This document shows positions 1-11,684 of a stretch of DNA of 64,000 nucleotides, piece after piece. The position numbers and the translations under genes were made by a program. The stretch covers positions 1 through 64,000 of the forward strand of contig NIVC01000004.1 of the NCBI GenBank assembly GCA_002269645.1. Reading direction: 5' to 3'. Every line of letters starts with the position of its first letter. The stretch's first letter is position 1. This stretch comes from Macrostomum lignano (Eukaryota). Below the pieces are notes generated by a model. The model made no database searches and was not told where the DNA came from. It saw nothing but the letters and a program-made list of their open reading frames with translations.

Positions 1-535
1 AGGAGAGAGATTGACGAGGGAGAGAGATTGACGAGGGAGAGAGATTGACAAGGGAGAGAGATTGACAAGGGAGAGAGATTGACGAGGGAGAGAGATTGAC
101 GAGGGAGAGAGATTGACGAGGGAGAGAGATTGACGAGGGAGAGAGATTGACGAGGGAGAGAGATTGACGAGGGAGAGAGATTGACAAGGGAGAGAGATTG
201 ACGAGGGAGAGAGATTGACGAAGGGAGAGAGATTGACAAGGGAGAGAGATTGACAAGGGAGAGAGATTGACGAGGGAGAGAGATTGACAAGGGAGAGAGA
301 TTGACAAGGGAGAGAGATTGACGAGGGAGAGAGAAAAGATTGACAAGGGAGAGAGATTGACAAGGGAGAGAGATTGACGAGGGAGAGAGATTGACAAGGG
401 AGAGAGATTGACAAGGGAGAGAGATTGACAAGGAGAGAGAATTGACGAGGGAGAGAGATTGACAAGGGAGAGAGATTGACGAGGGAGAGAGATTGACGAG
501 GGAAAGAGATTGATGAGGGGGAGAGACTGACGAGG
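1..535. repeat. 17-bp minisatellite (GAGGGAGAGAGATTGAC)n, about 31 units, runs off the window start
   Basis: Direct tandem repetition with GAG/AAG variants. Confidence 0.97.
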
Positions 536-623
536 CTATACGAGGATGTTGCACAGCAGAGATAGCGAAGCCGAGAAAGCATTGGTAAAAGAAGTTTGCC
601 ACAGTGGGAGGCGGTGGCGGCTG

Positions 624-3600
624 TCAGTCCTGCTGCACTTGAGACAGCGCCGGGATGAACATCCTGCCTGAGCACTTGAGCGTGAGCAGCACGGGCTGAG
701 TGGCGGCCTCCCAGTCCAGGTCGTCCAGCAGGCTGGGAAAGGGGTTGAGCCGCACCGGCTTCATCGGCAGGTGCATCAGCGGAGCGAAGCCACCCGCATG
801 ACCTGCTGGTAGGCGCGGCCCGGCTGGCAGGCGGCCGGCTGGCTCGAGTCAGTGGCCGCCGCGGCCACCAAAGTGCCGACGCCGCCGCCAACGCCGGCGC
901 CAAAGTCGCGTCTCCGCGCCGGCTGAACGTCGCCGTGTGACTCGCCGAGCCGCATCAGCGAAGTCCGCTGCGGCAGAGTCGCAGCACCAGGATGGTGTTC
1001 TTGCGGGCGGCTCCGCCTCCGCCTCGCCTGTGCCCGCCGCCCTGGCCGCGGCTGGCCGGCCAGCCCGCATGGAGGAGCGCTTCTTGGAGCGAAGGCGGGC
1101 GAGCTGCTGGCTGAGCTGCGTCTCGCAGAAATAGTTGACGGCCTCCATGTAGGTGCCGCTGTCTGCCAGCCGGCTGGGGTCGGGCGCCGTCTCGAAGGTC
1201 ACGGTCATCGGCTTGCCAGAGGCCGCAGCGGTGGCGGCCTGCGGCACGCGGCCTTGGAGCTGCTCGCCGCGAGCCAGGCGCTCCGCCGTCTGCCGGACGG
1301 CGGCCCGGAAATTCGCCAGCCAGCGCTCCAGCCAGTCCGAGATGGCGCGCCGCAGGTGCGGCCGGCGCTTGTCGGGTTCCGTGACGGACCAGACGTCCAC
1401 TGGTCCAGCTCGCGCTCCAGGCAATGGTGCTCGTCTCTGGGGCAGCCGAGGGGTGGATGATGTTTTTGGCTTCGAGTAATTCAGGTTCTGACTGATGGAT
1501 ATTGTGGCTTTACCTGAAGCTTGCCTGATGGATATTGTGGCTTTACCTGAAGCTTGCCTGAAGTGCATTACTGTATATAATGACTGCACATTGCCGTATT
1601 AATCTTGGCGGCAAGACATGTTTCAAGGCAGTTCATGTTTTTTGTTGCTACCGACTCACTTTCTGCCCAAAAAGTTGAGCGCCTCCATCACGAAGCTCTG
1701 CGTGAGCTCGTCGCCCTCGAAGTACCACAGCAGCAGCTCGGTGAGCAGCGGCTTGTCCGGCCCGCCCTGGTCAGCAGCGTCAGGCCGTGGCGCACGAAGT
1801 CGCGCTGCTCGGCCACGCCGCAGTCCGGCGGCAGCTCCAGCAGCTCCAGGACGATTCGTCGAGCCTCCTGCTGGCACTGCCGGCCCAGCGACTCCAGCGT
1901 CTGCAGCTGCTGCACCGCGCGGCACAAGGCGCTCCGCTCCGGCCAGCCGGCGCCCGGCAGCAGCCGCAGCAGCCGCCCAGCGAAGGTCGCGGGCGTCAGC
2001 GGATCAGGGAGGCTTCGCCGGCGCGGCTCCGGGAAGGCGGCGTCGAACCAGTCCTCGTCGGCGAACTGCGCCACGTAGTCTGGCAGCGGCGGAGGCGCCG
2101 CCGGCCCTTGCAGAGTCTGCGGGGAAATTCGATCGTAGCTGAGAGAGGCAGATGCGGTGAGGCTAACAGGTTGGACCTTCAATCTTCTAGTTCAAGCCTC
2201 TCGCTTTCTTGCAATCATTCATAACAATGTTTGAAGCTGTCGCAAAAAGGACATCGAGTACCCTGACTGACTCACCTGCTGCTGCTGGCCGCCAGTCAGC
2301 GCCGCCTCCGAGGCCTGTCGAGAGACGCTCGGCGGAGTCGCGGCCGCCGAAGCCGTCGCTGACGCCGCGGTGGGCGAAGCCGCCACAGCCGAGCGCCGCT
2401 GCTCGGACGGTCGCTTCTGCGGCGGCGGCGGCCGTTTCTTCGGCGACGCCTGCGACTGCGAGCTGCGGGACCGTGCCGCCGCTGCCAGCTCCTCCTGGGT
2501 CGCCCGCCGCGTTGGCCGGGTCGGCGGCCGGCGCGAGTCGCCCGACACGGTGGAGGCCTCCCGGGTTCGAGCCGCCTCCGCCTCCGCCTCCGCCTCAGCC
2601 GCCGCCACCGCCGCAGCCTCGGCTTCGGCTGCCTCCGCTGCGGCCTCCGTGGCCGCTTCGTCCATGGCCTGCTGCATTCGGCGCATGAAGTCCGACTGCT
2701 CCCGCTCCTTCTGCTCCTGCTCCTGCCGGAGGGAGGGTGGGGGTTCGAGCGCATTCGGGTGACTGAAAACGGAGGCTGCGGGGCAACTGGCTACTGGGTT
2801 GTTTCGCTTCTTTTTGGTGTATATTTCTTGGTCTATCATGACATTTATTTCTGTTGATCTTTCTCATCATCATCATGTACACTGTCTGCGTGTTGGGATG
2901 CCCTCATGACTGTAAGCTCCAGGTCAATTTGCGTGCACAAGCTCCAAATTAATGCGGTCGAGCGCGAAATCGAACCACCGATCTGCCCTGTCCCCTCTTG
3001 TCACTGTGCGTGCATATTGGTTGCTTTGTGTCCGTGTCCTCAAGAAACCTTTATCAGAGCATCTGTGATGCAGTCATGTCAATCATCGGCAGAGCCGACG
3101 CACCTGCTGCTCGCGCCGCTTCCTGTCAGCGTCCAGCTCGAACAGCAGCTCCCCAGCCTCCTCCTCATCCTCGTCATCCCCGCCGGCGCCGTCGCCGGAG
3201 TCCGCCCAGCTCTTCAGCAGCGCCTGCCGCTCGGCCTCGTCCTCAGAGCCGCGCTGTCGCAGGCCCTGCAGCTGCCGCAGCTGCTCCACGTTGAGGTCGG
3301 GCGGCCGCCAGCCGCGGGCGGAGGCCTGCGTTGCCGTCTTCTCGTGCTCAAGCAGCGCCTCCTGCGGCCACAGCAGCTTGGCCAGCACCGAGTTCGGCAC
3401 GCAGCCGCCGCGTGGGATCGGGGCGAGGCCCGCCTGCGGCCGGACGGCTGCATCCTGGGACGGGAAGAAGCCCGGACAGATGTCCGGCCTGTAGGCCTGC
3501 TTGGGCCTGGGCAGCTGCGGCGGCTCCAGCGCCGACTTCACCGCGGCGTCCAGATTCGCCTCCTTGGGGGGCGGCGGCAGCACCGGGTGGTCCGCGACCA

Positions 3601-6600
3601 GCGACAGAAATCTGCGGCGAGGGGCAGGGAGCTGGGAGAGTGAGGCACAGTCAGACTGTCAGACATTAGCGTGAACAGTGAACAGTGAACATTGAACATT
3701 GAACAGTGAACAGTGAACAGTGAACAGTGAATTTTCAGTGATGTGATAGCACCGCTCGCAAATTTTGCTCAACACTTCCTGTAAACAATCTCACCATTTG
3801 GGCAATTGAGAACTGAGACTGAAATAGTAGAATAGTAGCACAACTCAATTACAAAGAATCTGTTTCTCGGAAACCAATCGAAGCTACTAGATCGTAGTAG
3901 AGTAAGAAATTCGTTTCTTAGAAAGCTCGAAAGCAAAAATTCACTAGAGAGATAGAAACTTTCATATTTTTTCTGCTCAAAGCGTCAGCTTTTCATTGGA
4001 GCGGATCAAATGCTCATATTTTAACATGACAGCCTGTTTAAAAGCTTGACAATCCCCTGCTTGCAAAAGCACAGCTCTCTGCTCGCTACTCACTTGTTGA
4101 ACGCCTCTTCCTTGGTTGCCGGGGTGGCGGCCGGCCGCCTCTTCGGCTTGATGTCGCCGTCGCGCAGCATCCGCAGCTCGCGCTCCCGGCTGGCGATGGT
4201 GCCGAAGGCGGCCTCGCGAGCCAGCCTCTCCTCGACATCGTCAGGCTCCTCCTCCAGCGGATCCGGGTCGGCGAACGCATCGAAGCTGTGCGCCGGCCGG
4301 CAGGCGAGCAGCCGCTGCCTGTCCGGGAAGGGCAGCTCGGCCAGCAGCCGCGCGTCCATCTCGCCGCTGAGCGGCTCCGGTGCGGCCGGCTCGAAGTGCA
4401 TCATAGCCATCCGGCGGGTCTGCATCTTCGGCAGGTAGCGCCGGTGCTCGATGCCGTACAGGCTGGCGCCGATGCCCAGCAGCAGGTCGCCCGTGTCCGA
4501 GCAGAAGGCGACGCCCTGCGGCCGGGCGTGCAACTGGACGGCCTTCAGCAGCTGGTTGGCGCTGCTCCACACCCGCAGGGTGCCGTCTTGGCTGACCGTG
4601 GCGAACAGGCGGAGCTTCGGGCAGGCGGCGGCGCCGGTGAGCTTGTCCAGGTGGTCGTCCTCCGGGCTGTGGTCCTGCCGGCTCTTGTCCTCGAGGTCGT
4701 ACGTCACCACGCTGTACGTGGCGGACTGGGCGTCCTGCAATTGTGTAGCGATTCAGCATCAGCCATGTCAGCCACGGAGCAGCCGATGTTGCCTTTACTA
4801 TAAGTAGCCTATCAAACATTTGAGAACAGCTCTGACCACCCTGATCGCTGCTTGCACACACCTGGAAGCCGACCAGCAGCAGCGACCGCAGCGCGCTCAT
4901 GCACACCGGGTGTGCGCGCAGAAGAACTGCATGAGCGGCGCCAGCGCCTCGCGCACGAACGGGAACACCCGCCACACCCGGATGATGTTGTCCAGGCCGG
5001 CCGACACCACCTGGTCCTGGCTGGGGTTCGCCTCCAGCTCCAGCACGCCTTTGTTGCCGTGCCCGTCCACCGCGTAGTCCGGGCCCTGCTCTCCGTAGGT
5101 GCACAGGCTGCCGTCGGCGCGCCCGGCCACCAGAAGCGACTTGCTGGCGCCGCCGCCGGCCGCGTATTCGTACAGAGCCAGGCAGCGGCACTCGCAGCCG
5201 GGCCCGGGGCTTGGCCAGCTGCGCAGCAGGCGGGCCGGCCGGCTGTCCGGATCCCACTCGGCCAGGGAGCCGTCGGACATGGCGCAGTATAGCCGGTGCC
5301 GCTTCGGGTCCGTGCTGTAGGCGGATGCGGCCACCTGCGGTGGAGTAGTGGGGGGCGTTAGTCCTAGCTACACTTCAATTTTGGTTGCGGTTTTTGAAGG
5401 CCGATTTGTACTATCGCCGCTTGACTTATAAACAAAAGTGCCCTTAGCCCAGGGGCTAGCGCTAGCCCTGCAAGTTAAGCTGAGTTGGTCATGGTTAGTA
5501 AGCAGCCGAATTAGCAACTGTAGTGAGCAAGTGGTCACTTAATCGTTGCTGCAGTTCACTCCACAGTGTTAGGGTGGCAGCTCTGAGCTGCAGTTCACTC
5601 CGCAGTGATAGGGTGGCAGCTCTGAGCTGCAGTTCACTCCGCAGTGATAGGGTGGCAGCTCTATTGCAGCGGAACGGATGTATTTATCTTTTTTTGCGAT
5701 TTTCAGAATGCAGCAAGCCTAGCTTACACTGTCGCGACAGTCTACTGACAACAGTAGAAAGTGAAAAAATTTTTATTTCATTCAATTTGCACCAACCTGC
5801 GGCGCTTCTCCGGCAAGCACGGAGCCGCCGGCCAGAGCGGAGGACAGAATCGCCCCGGTGGCCGGCGAGACGACGTGCACGCTGGAGTCCTGGCAGGTCA
5901 CCAGCACCCTGGGCGGCTGGCCGGGCCTCGGTGGGCTGGCCTGGATGCGCAGCACCGGGGCGCACAGGCTGGCCCGGTGAGTGTAGATCTCCTGGACTCG
6001 CCAGGCGCGGACGGACCGAGCGCCAGACGTGTAGAAGGCGGCGGCGCCAACTGAGCGGCCAGACGGAGCGGCGTCTCGGCATCGGGGTCGGCGGCGGAGT
6101 CGAGGCGAACCTCGTCCACCTGAGGGGTGGATTAGCAGATCACTGTTTACTGTTCACACTGCTCACCGTTCACACTGTTCACTGTTCACTGTTCACACTG
6201 TTCACTGTTCACATTGTTCACTGTTCACACTGTTCACTGTTCACACTGTTCACTGTTCACACTGTTCACTGTTCACACTGTTCACTGTTCACACTGTTCA
6301 CTGTTCACACTGTTCACTGTTCACTGTTCACACTGTTCACTGTTCACACTGTTCACTGTTCACACTGTTCACTGTTCACACTGTTCACTGTTCACACTGT
6401 TCACTGTTCACACTGTTCACTGTTCACACTGTTCACTGTTCACACTGTTCACTGTTCACTGTTTACTGTTCACTGTTCACACTGTTCACTGTTCACACTG
6501 TTCACTGTTCACACTGTTCACTGTTCACACTGTTCACTGTTCACTGTTTACTGTTCACACTGCTCACTGTTCACACTGTTCACTGTTCACACTGTTCACT

Positions 6601-8405
6601 GTTCACTCTTCACACTGTTCACTGTTCACTCTTCACACTGTTCACTGTTCACTGTTCACACTGTTCACACTGCTCACTGGTCACACCGTTCACTGTTCAC
6701 TGTTCATACCGTTCACTGTTCACTGTTCACACCGTTCACTGTTCACTGTTCACTCTTCACACTGTTCACACTGTTCATGGGTCCCAGTCAATGACCTGTG
6801 TGGGTCACAGATCCCAGCTCATGAATCTCTTCCTTTGCACCGCCCCGAAGCGCACCTGATCCCGCAGCTCCAGGTGCCAGACCCGCACGCTGCGGTCCTC
6901 CGAGGCGGACAGCAGCATGGGGCCGGTGGGATAAAAGTGCAACGCGTTCACCGCGCCGTTGTGCCCGACGAAGACGCAGTGCACCCGGAAGGTGTCGGCC
7001 ACCCAGGCCTTGACGCTGCCGTCTTTGGCTCCGGTGCACAGCAGCTTCATCGGGTTGAAGAAGTGCACGGCGCTGATGGCGTCCGAGTGCAGGTCGCGGT
7101 GCACGGCCGCGCACTGGCCCTGCTGCAGCAGCAGCACATGGACGCTGCGGTCCATGGCGCAGAAGGCGCGCTGCCGCTTGGCCGCTGTGTCCTCCAGTGC
7201 CACCAGGCTGAAGCCGCGGTCAGCTGGCAGGCCGGCCTGCAGGCGCCGCCGAGGCAGGAGGTGCCGATTGCCGAAGCGGAACACCCAGCTGGTGATCTGG
7301 CCGGGCTCGAAGCTCAGCACCTCCTCCTTGTTGCCGTTGTAGAGCACCTGCGGATTGAATTTAAAGCAGAGGGGGCGCCAGCTACAGAGGGGATGCCAGC
7401 TACAGAGGGGTGCCAGCTACAGAGGGGTGCCAGCTACAGAGGGGTGCCAGCTACAGAGGGGCGCCAGCTACAGAGGGGCACCAGCTACAGAGGGGGTGCC
7501 AGCTACAGAGGGGTGCCAGCTACAGAGGGGCGCCAGCTACAGAGGGGCGCCAGCTACAGAGGGGTGCCAGCTACAGAGGGGTGCCAGCTACAGAGGGGTG
7601 CCAGCTACAGAGGGGCGCCAGCTACAGAGGGGTGCCAGCTACAGAGGGGTGCCAGCTACAGAGGGGTGCCAGCTACAGAGGAACGTATTCTTTGCATTAC
7701 TTATTTGCCTATTTAGCATTTTAAGATCGGTCCATGCAAGCAACATTTTCGGCTTTCTAAAGAATTCCTCGTTGGTGTTGTTAATCGGGGTGCCTAGCAG
7801 TGCTCGTTGGTGAAAACCAGTTCAAATAAAAAAAGATAAAATAAGCGAAAACAGTTTGTCTACTAACAGTAGTGCTAATAGGCAAGCAACCGCTATTGGG
7901 TTAAATTACAATAGAAAACATTCGGCTCTCAAACCTGAGTCAGCGGCGCCTCGGTGGTGGCTTCGGTCAGAACGGCGAACTCGCCGCTGAGGTTAATCAG
8001 CGTTCGGCCGCCCTCCGTCCAGCCGACGAACTGGCCGACGTGGCTGGCGTAGGCCAGCCGGGCGATCGGCTTGGGCGGCGCCACCACGTCGGCCAGGCGG
8101 CCCTCGGAGTCGTAGAAGCGGAGGAAGGCGCCGTCCAGCGTCAGCAGAGGATTCGGCAGCTGCGGCAGCAGCAGAAAGTCGGTGATTGGCTGGGCGTGGC
8201 TCAGGCTGCGGCCAGGCACGATGCCGTGGGACACGAACAAGTTCAGTGCGTCCTCCTTCATGATGTCGTCCGAGACGCTCTTGACGCAGTTGCGCAGCAC
8301 CCGCCAGCGGTATTCGACGGCCGACTCGCCATTGATCATGCGGGGCTTCTTGGGCCGATCGAGCAGGCTGTGCCGCTCCAGCAGGTCCTCCACCACGTGG
8401 CTCAT
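624..8405 (-). CDS. WDR97: WD40-repeat protein WDR97 (KIAA1875)-like, 9 exons, disrupted in this sequence by 1-nt frameshifts
   Basis: Exons with GT-AG borders: 8405-7935, 7347-6856, 6119-5797, 5334-4862, 4734-4094, 3611-3104, 2722-2276, 2116-1660, 1436-about 624. The exon2/3, 4/5 and 8/9 phases fit only after the indel corrections. WD repeats (LCTGAKDGSVKAW, LLSASEDRSVRVWHL, VVSAGLDNIIRVWRVFPF, LFATVSQDGTLRVW). Segments RVWRVFPF..EAL, SATYSVVTY, DHSPEDD..D..TG...CP.L.LFA and AFCSDTGDLLL resemble my recollection of vertebrate WDR97. The 3' end is ambiguous (in-frame TGA at 849-851). Confidence 0.8.
3671..3730. repeat. (GTGAACA)n heptamer array in WDR97 intron 5
   Basis: About 8-9 units. It is the reverse complement of the unit in the 6139-6777 array. 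Confidence 0.9.
5548..5663. repeat. 39-bp tandem repeat, about 3 units, WDR97 intron 3
   Basis: Unit GCTGCAGTTCACTCCGCAGTGATAGGGTGGCAGCTCTGA, starting at 5548, 5587 and 5626. Confidence 0.9.
6139..6777. repeat. TGTTCAC/TGTTCACAC composite microsatellite filling WDR97 intron 2
   Basis: Mixed 7- and 9-bp units. It produces the spurious ORFs 5523-6794 and 6214-7716. Confidence 0.97.
7368..7680. repeat. 17-bp minisatellite (GGGGTGCCAGCTACAGA)n, WDR97 intron 1
   Basis: About 18 tandem units, ending about 20 nt from the acceptor. Confidence 0.95.
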
Positions 8406-11400
8406 GGCGAGGCATGCATTAATTATATATTTATAAGATTTTCAAGAAATAATTTAATAATGTCACTCTACGAGTATAAATAAGAGAATCAGCTTAATAT
8501 ATCCATATACTAATGATAAAGCTTATTATATTTAGACAAGGCTTTTTTGTATTATTAAATCAAAGTTTTTCTGCTGGCGGCACATATAACGAAAATATTT
8601 ATAAATATGTAAGAAGAAAAAAGTTTCAGAAGTCATTTTTATATCAAACCTTTATTTTAAGTTTAATTGCTGTTCTATAATTTTTTTTATAAAATATAAA
8701 GGTTATATTTTAAATTCTGTGGTCATTCATGGTGACAGAAAAAAGGAGCTTTTAAAAAATATTTTGAATTTAAGAAGGAAGAAAAATATACCAGAAAGTC
8801 ACCAATTAAGCTAGTACTGTAGTTTTTTAATTGGAGCTAAAAAATAAAGAGTAGAGATTCACTGATGAGTTATGACCTGCTAATGACCAATGCAGAACCT
8901 GTGATCAACAGTAAAGTTCACAAAGTTGAAAAAAATTTAAAGGCAAATAATTGTGCAGCATTTGTAGCCAGCATGTTAAATACATACAAAACTGTCACAC
9001 TCTAGCAATGCTGGTAAATGTAAATAAGTAAATAGCAAATATGAGCGTAAGTAAGTTACATAATGGCTATTAGTATATATTGAAAATTCAATATATGCGA
9101 ATTACTGAGTGCGCATTATATAGAAGAGCTTAAAAATTGTTATGGCAAGCTATTCACACTCAAATAAACAATAAAAAAGCTTAAAAAGGGTATGAATTTA
9201 TAAAGAAGTGAATACTGCTAAACTATTTCACTATTTGCATCTAGATGATGTGATGTTTGACCTTTGTATATTTTAGGATCCAAGAATACTTCACTCCAAT
9301 TTTGAATACTAATTAAGACAAGATTCACCTGAAAAGCATTTCTGCACATATATACTAAACAAGCCTGTCTATGATGGACAATGACGGTTATTATTAGTAC
9401 TGCACAATATGTCCAGATCTTATTATTCTTTGGAGAAATTGAAATCAAACCATTTGCTTGGGTAGCAACGGCGCAAATGTCGTTAAAAACGAAGACATTC
9501 GTAGTGCAATACGCACTGGAAGTCCTACAAAAAGCCTTTTCTCTTGATATACGTCGATTGGTCTACTTGCGATACATGTACATGCAACTGTACGACATAT
9601 ACTATTTCGACGTACAGTAATTTAGCTCGTAAATCAATATATTACATGTACATTATATGTATAATGGTAATGCCCTCAATTCAAGCATTAGGAATGACGA
9701 GTGGTGGGCCGTGTCTGCAATTAGAAGTACAGTATTTCCGACGCAGTTCCATTTTCTAAATGTATCTCCCCTTGCATCCAGTAAATATATACAACGCACT
9801 AGCTAGTCCAAACATTCAGTGCAGTACAAGTCCATATAATACTATAAATAATGGACATCTAAAAACGATTGTTCGTAGAACTGCGCTACACCCGCGAGAA
9901 GTGCACTGGGGGCGGTTTTTGAACCAATAATTTCTAATTTATCGATAGATAGGGATTGTTTTTCGTTTTTCAACGCGAAATTCATAGTTTATGTCACTTT
10001 TTGGACTTGTTTTAAATAGGTTATACACAGCTCACAAAGTTACCAAATTATTTTTGATGAAATACGCTCCTGTTTCATAAGTGTATTTTCTATACACGGC
10101 TTTTTCTTGCGCAGACTGTTCACGACTAAATTTGTGTATCACACGTACTACTTCATGAGCGAATTATACCTTCATTTGGAATTCAGGTGCCTGATCGAAC
10201 ATTCAGCAAAATTTGCACGATTTTTCAAGTGCAGCGCGTCATTCTACTTCATTTCTCTGTGCACGTACAGCGGCCCCGTTCAACCAGTGCAGCTGCCGCA
10301 TACGCAATAAATGAACTATGCAAGACTTAAAATGGTTTTAGAATCCCACACCCACTGGGAAAGGGTACATCGAAACGACGTCGAAACGACATCAAGATAT
10401 CGAAATCATGTCGTTTTTAAAAAAATGAAAATGGGATCGAAAAAACTATTAATTATTGCATAATTGTCCCTTTTTTTAGCTTTTTTCGTATTTATTTGGC
10501 TTAAATTGGGTATTTTTTCCATGTCGTAAGTAAGTCGTTTTGTACGACATCGAAGTATTATGTCGTATCAATGTCGTAACGACATCATTTTTTGCTATTG
10601 AACCCATATCCAAAGCATGACGTACTGACATTGTCGAAACGACATGGGTTACACACGGCATCACAGTTCTCCGTTCCAGTTCAAAATCAAATTGCTATTT
10701 CACGTCATGCTTTAGTCAAGAAACTATTCTTAGCAGGCTGAGGAATTTTACTTGTTAGATCTGTATTAATTGTATTAGTTATGCAATTCTTGGATACTTC
10801 ATACATAGGCCTACAGACAGCTTGTAAGTACAGTTACAAGCCAATTCAGTTTACAGTAGATATGATCATGCTTCATGTACATGGTTCTATTAGTAAATTT
10901 TTCAAACATGTGCATGTCATCTTAAATCTAATTTCAAATCATGATCAAAAATCAAAGAATTGAAATCAATCTTTTTTATCCTTAATTAATTGGAATTTTA
11001 ATGATTCAGCTTATCAGTTTTGTCCATGCTGCTACAATTTAAATATAGACTAAAAATACTTATGCTATAACCAATATCTAATTTTAATAAATCAGCAAAT
11101 CTTTTTAAGTGCTATATTTAATTGGTTTTAAGACTAAGTAGACATACATAGGCCAGGCATAGGCCTAACCAAAGGGAGGGGGACACTGGGGACATGTGCC
11201 CCCTGCAGGGCAGGGCAATTTTTTTATTGCCTTTGTATTTTGCTTTTATTGCTAACATTGGAAATATATTTATGGCTCTCTCTCCCTTGACATGAATCCT
11301 GGCTATGTGCCTATAAGTAAGCCTATAATATTGATCTAAAAATATGCTTGGCAATTAGACATATATCTAGTATATTACAATGATAGTGCCATTATCCCAT

Positions 11401-11459
11401 GGTAAATTTGTGTATTATTATGCTTGCATATAGTGTAGCTGTGTCAAGCATATAATTTT

Positions 11460-11598
11460 CGAAGAGCTTGCGTGCACGGCAGCCGTTCATGTGGGCTCAG
11501 AATTGTGTGCATGGCGGCTATCTACCTAGTGCTTTATTTGCATGTATGCATACAATTCTGAGCTTATGTGAACGGCGGCCGTGCACGCAAGCTCTTTG
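11460..11598. mobile_element. 139-bp foldback MITE, Mutator (MULE)-type
   Basis: About 50-bp imperfect TIRs (CGAAGAGCTTGCGTGCACGGC...) and a perfect 9-bp TSD TATAATTTT (11451-11459, 11599-11607). Confidence 0.82.
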
Positions 11599-11684
11599 TA
11601 TAATTTTTGGTTTCAGAATTTTTTAGCATGTTATAGGCCTATACATAATTATATTGTAAGATTCAAAGTAAGATGTTGAATATA

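Noticed and set aside
849-5334. Many overlapping Arg/Ala/Pro-rich ORFs on both strands
   Set aside because: Shadow frames of GC-rich WDR97 exons. Only the spliced minus-strand frame gives WD40 motifs.
5523-7813. Long plus-strand ORFs (423 aa, 500 aa and others) with repetitive Cys/His-rich peptides
   Set aside because: They are translations of stop-free intronic repeats plus the antisense of WDR97 exons.
8428-8435. TATAAATA upstream of the WDR97 ATG
   Set aside because: Only about 23 nt from the ATG, leaving no 5' UTR, and such motifs are frequent in this AT-rich DNA.
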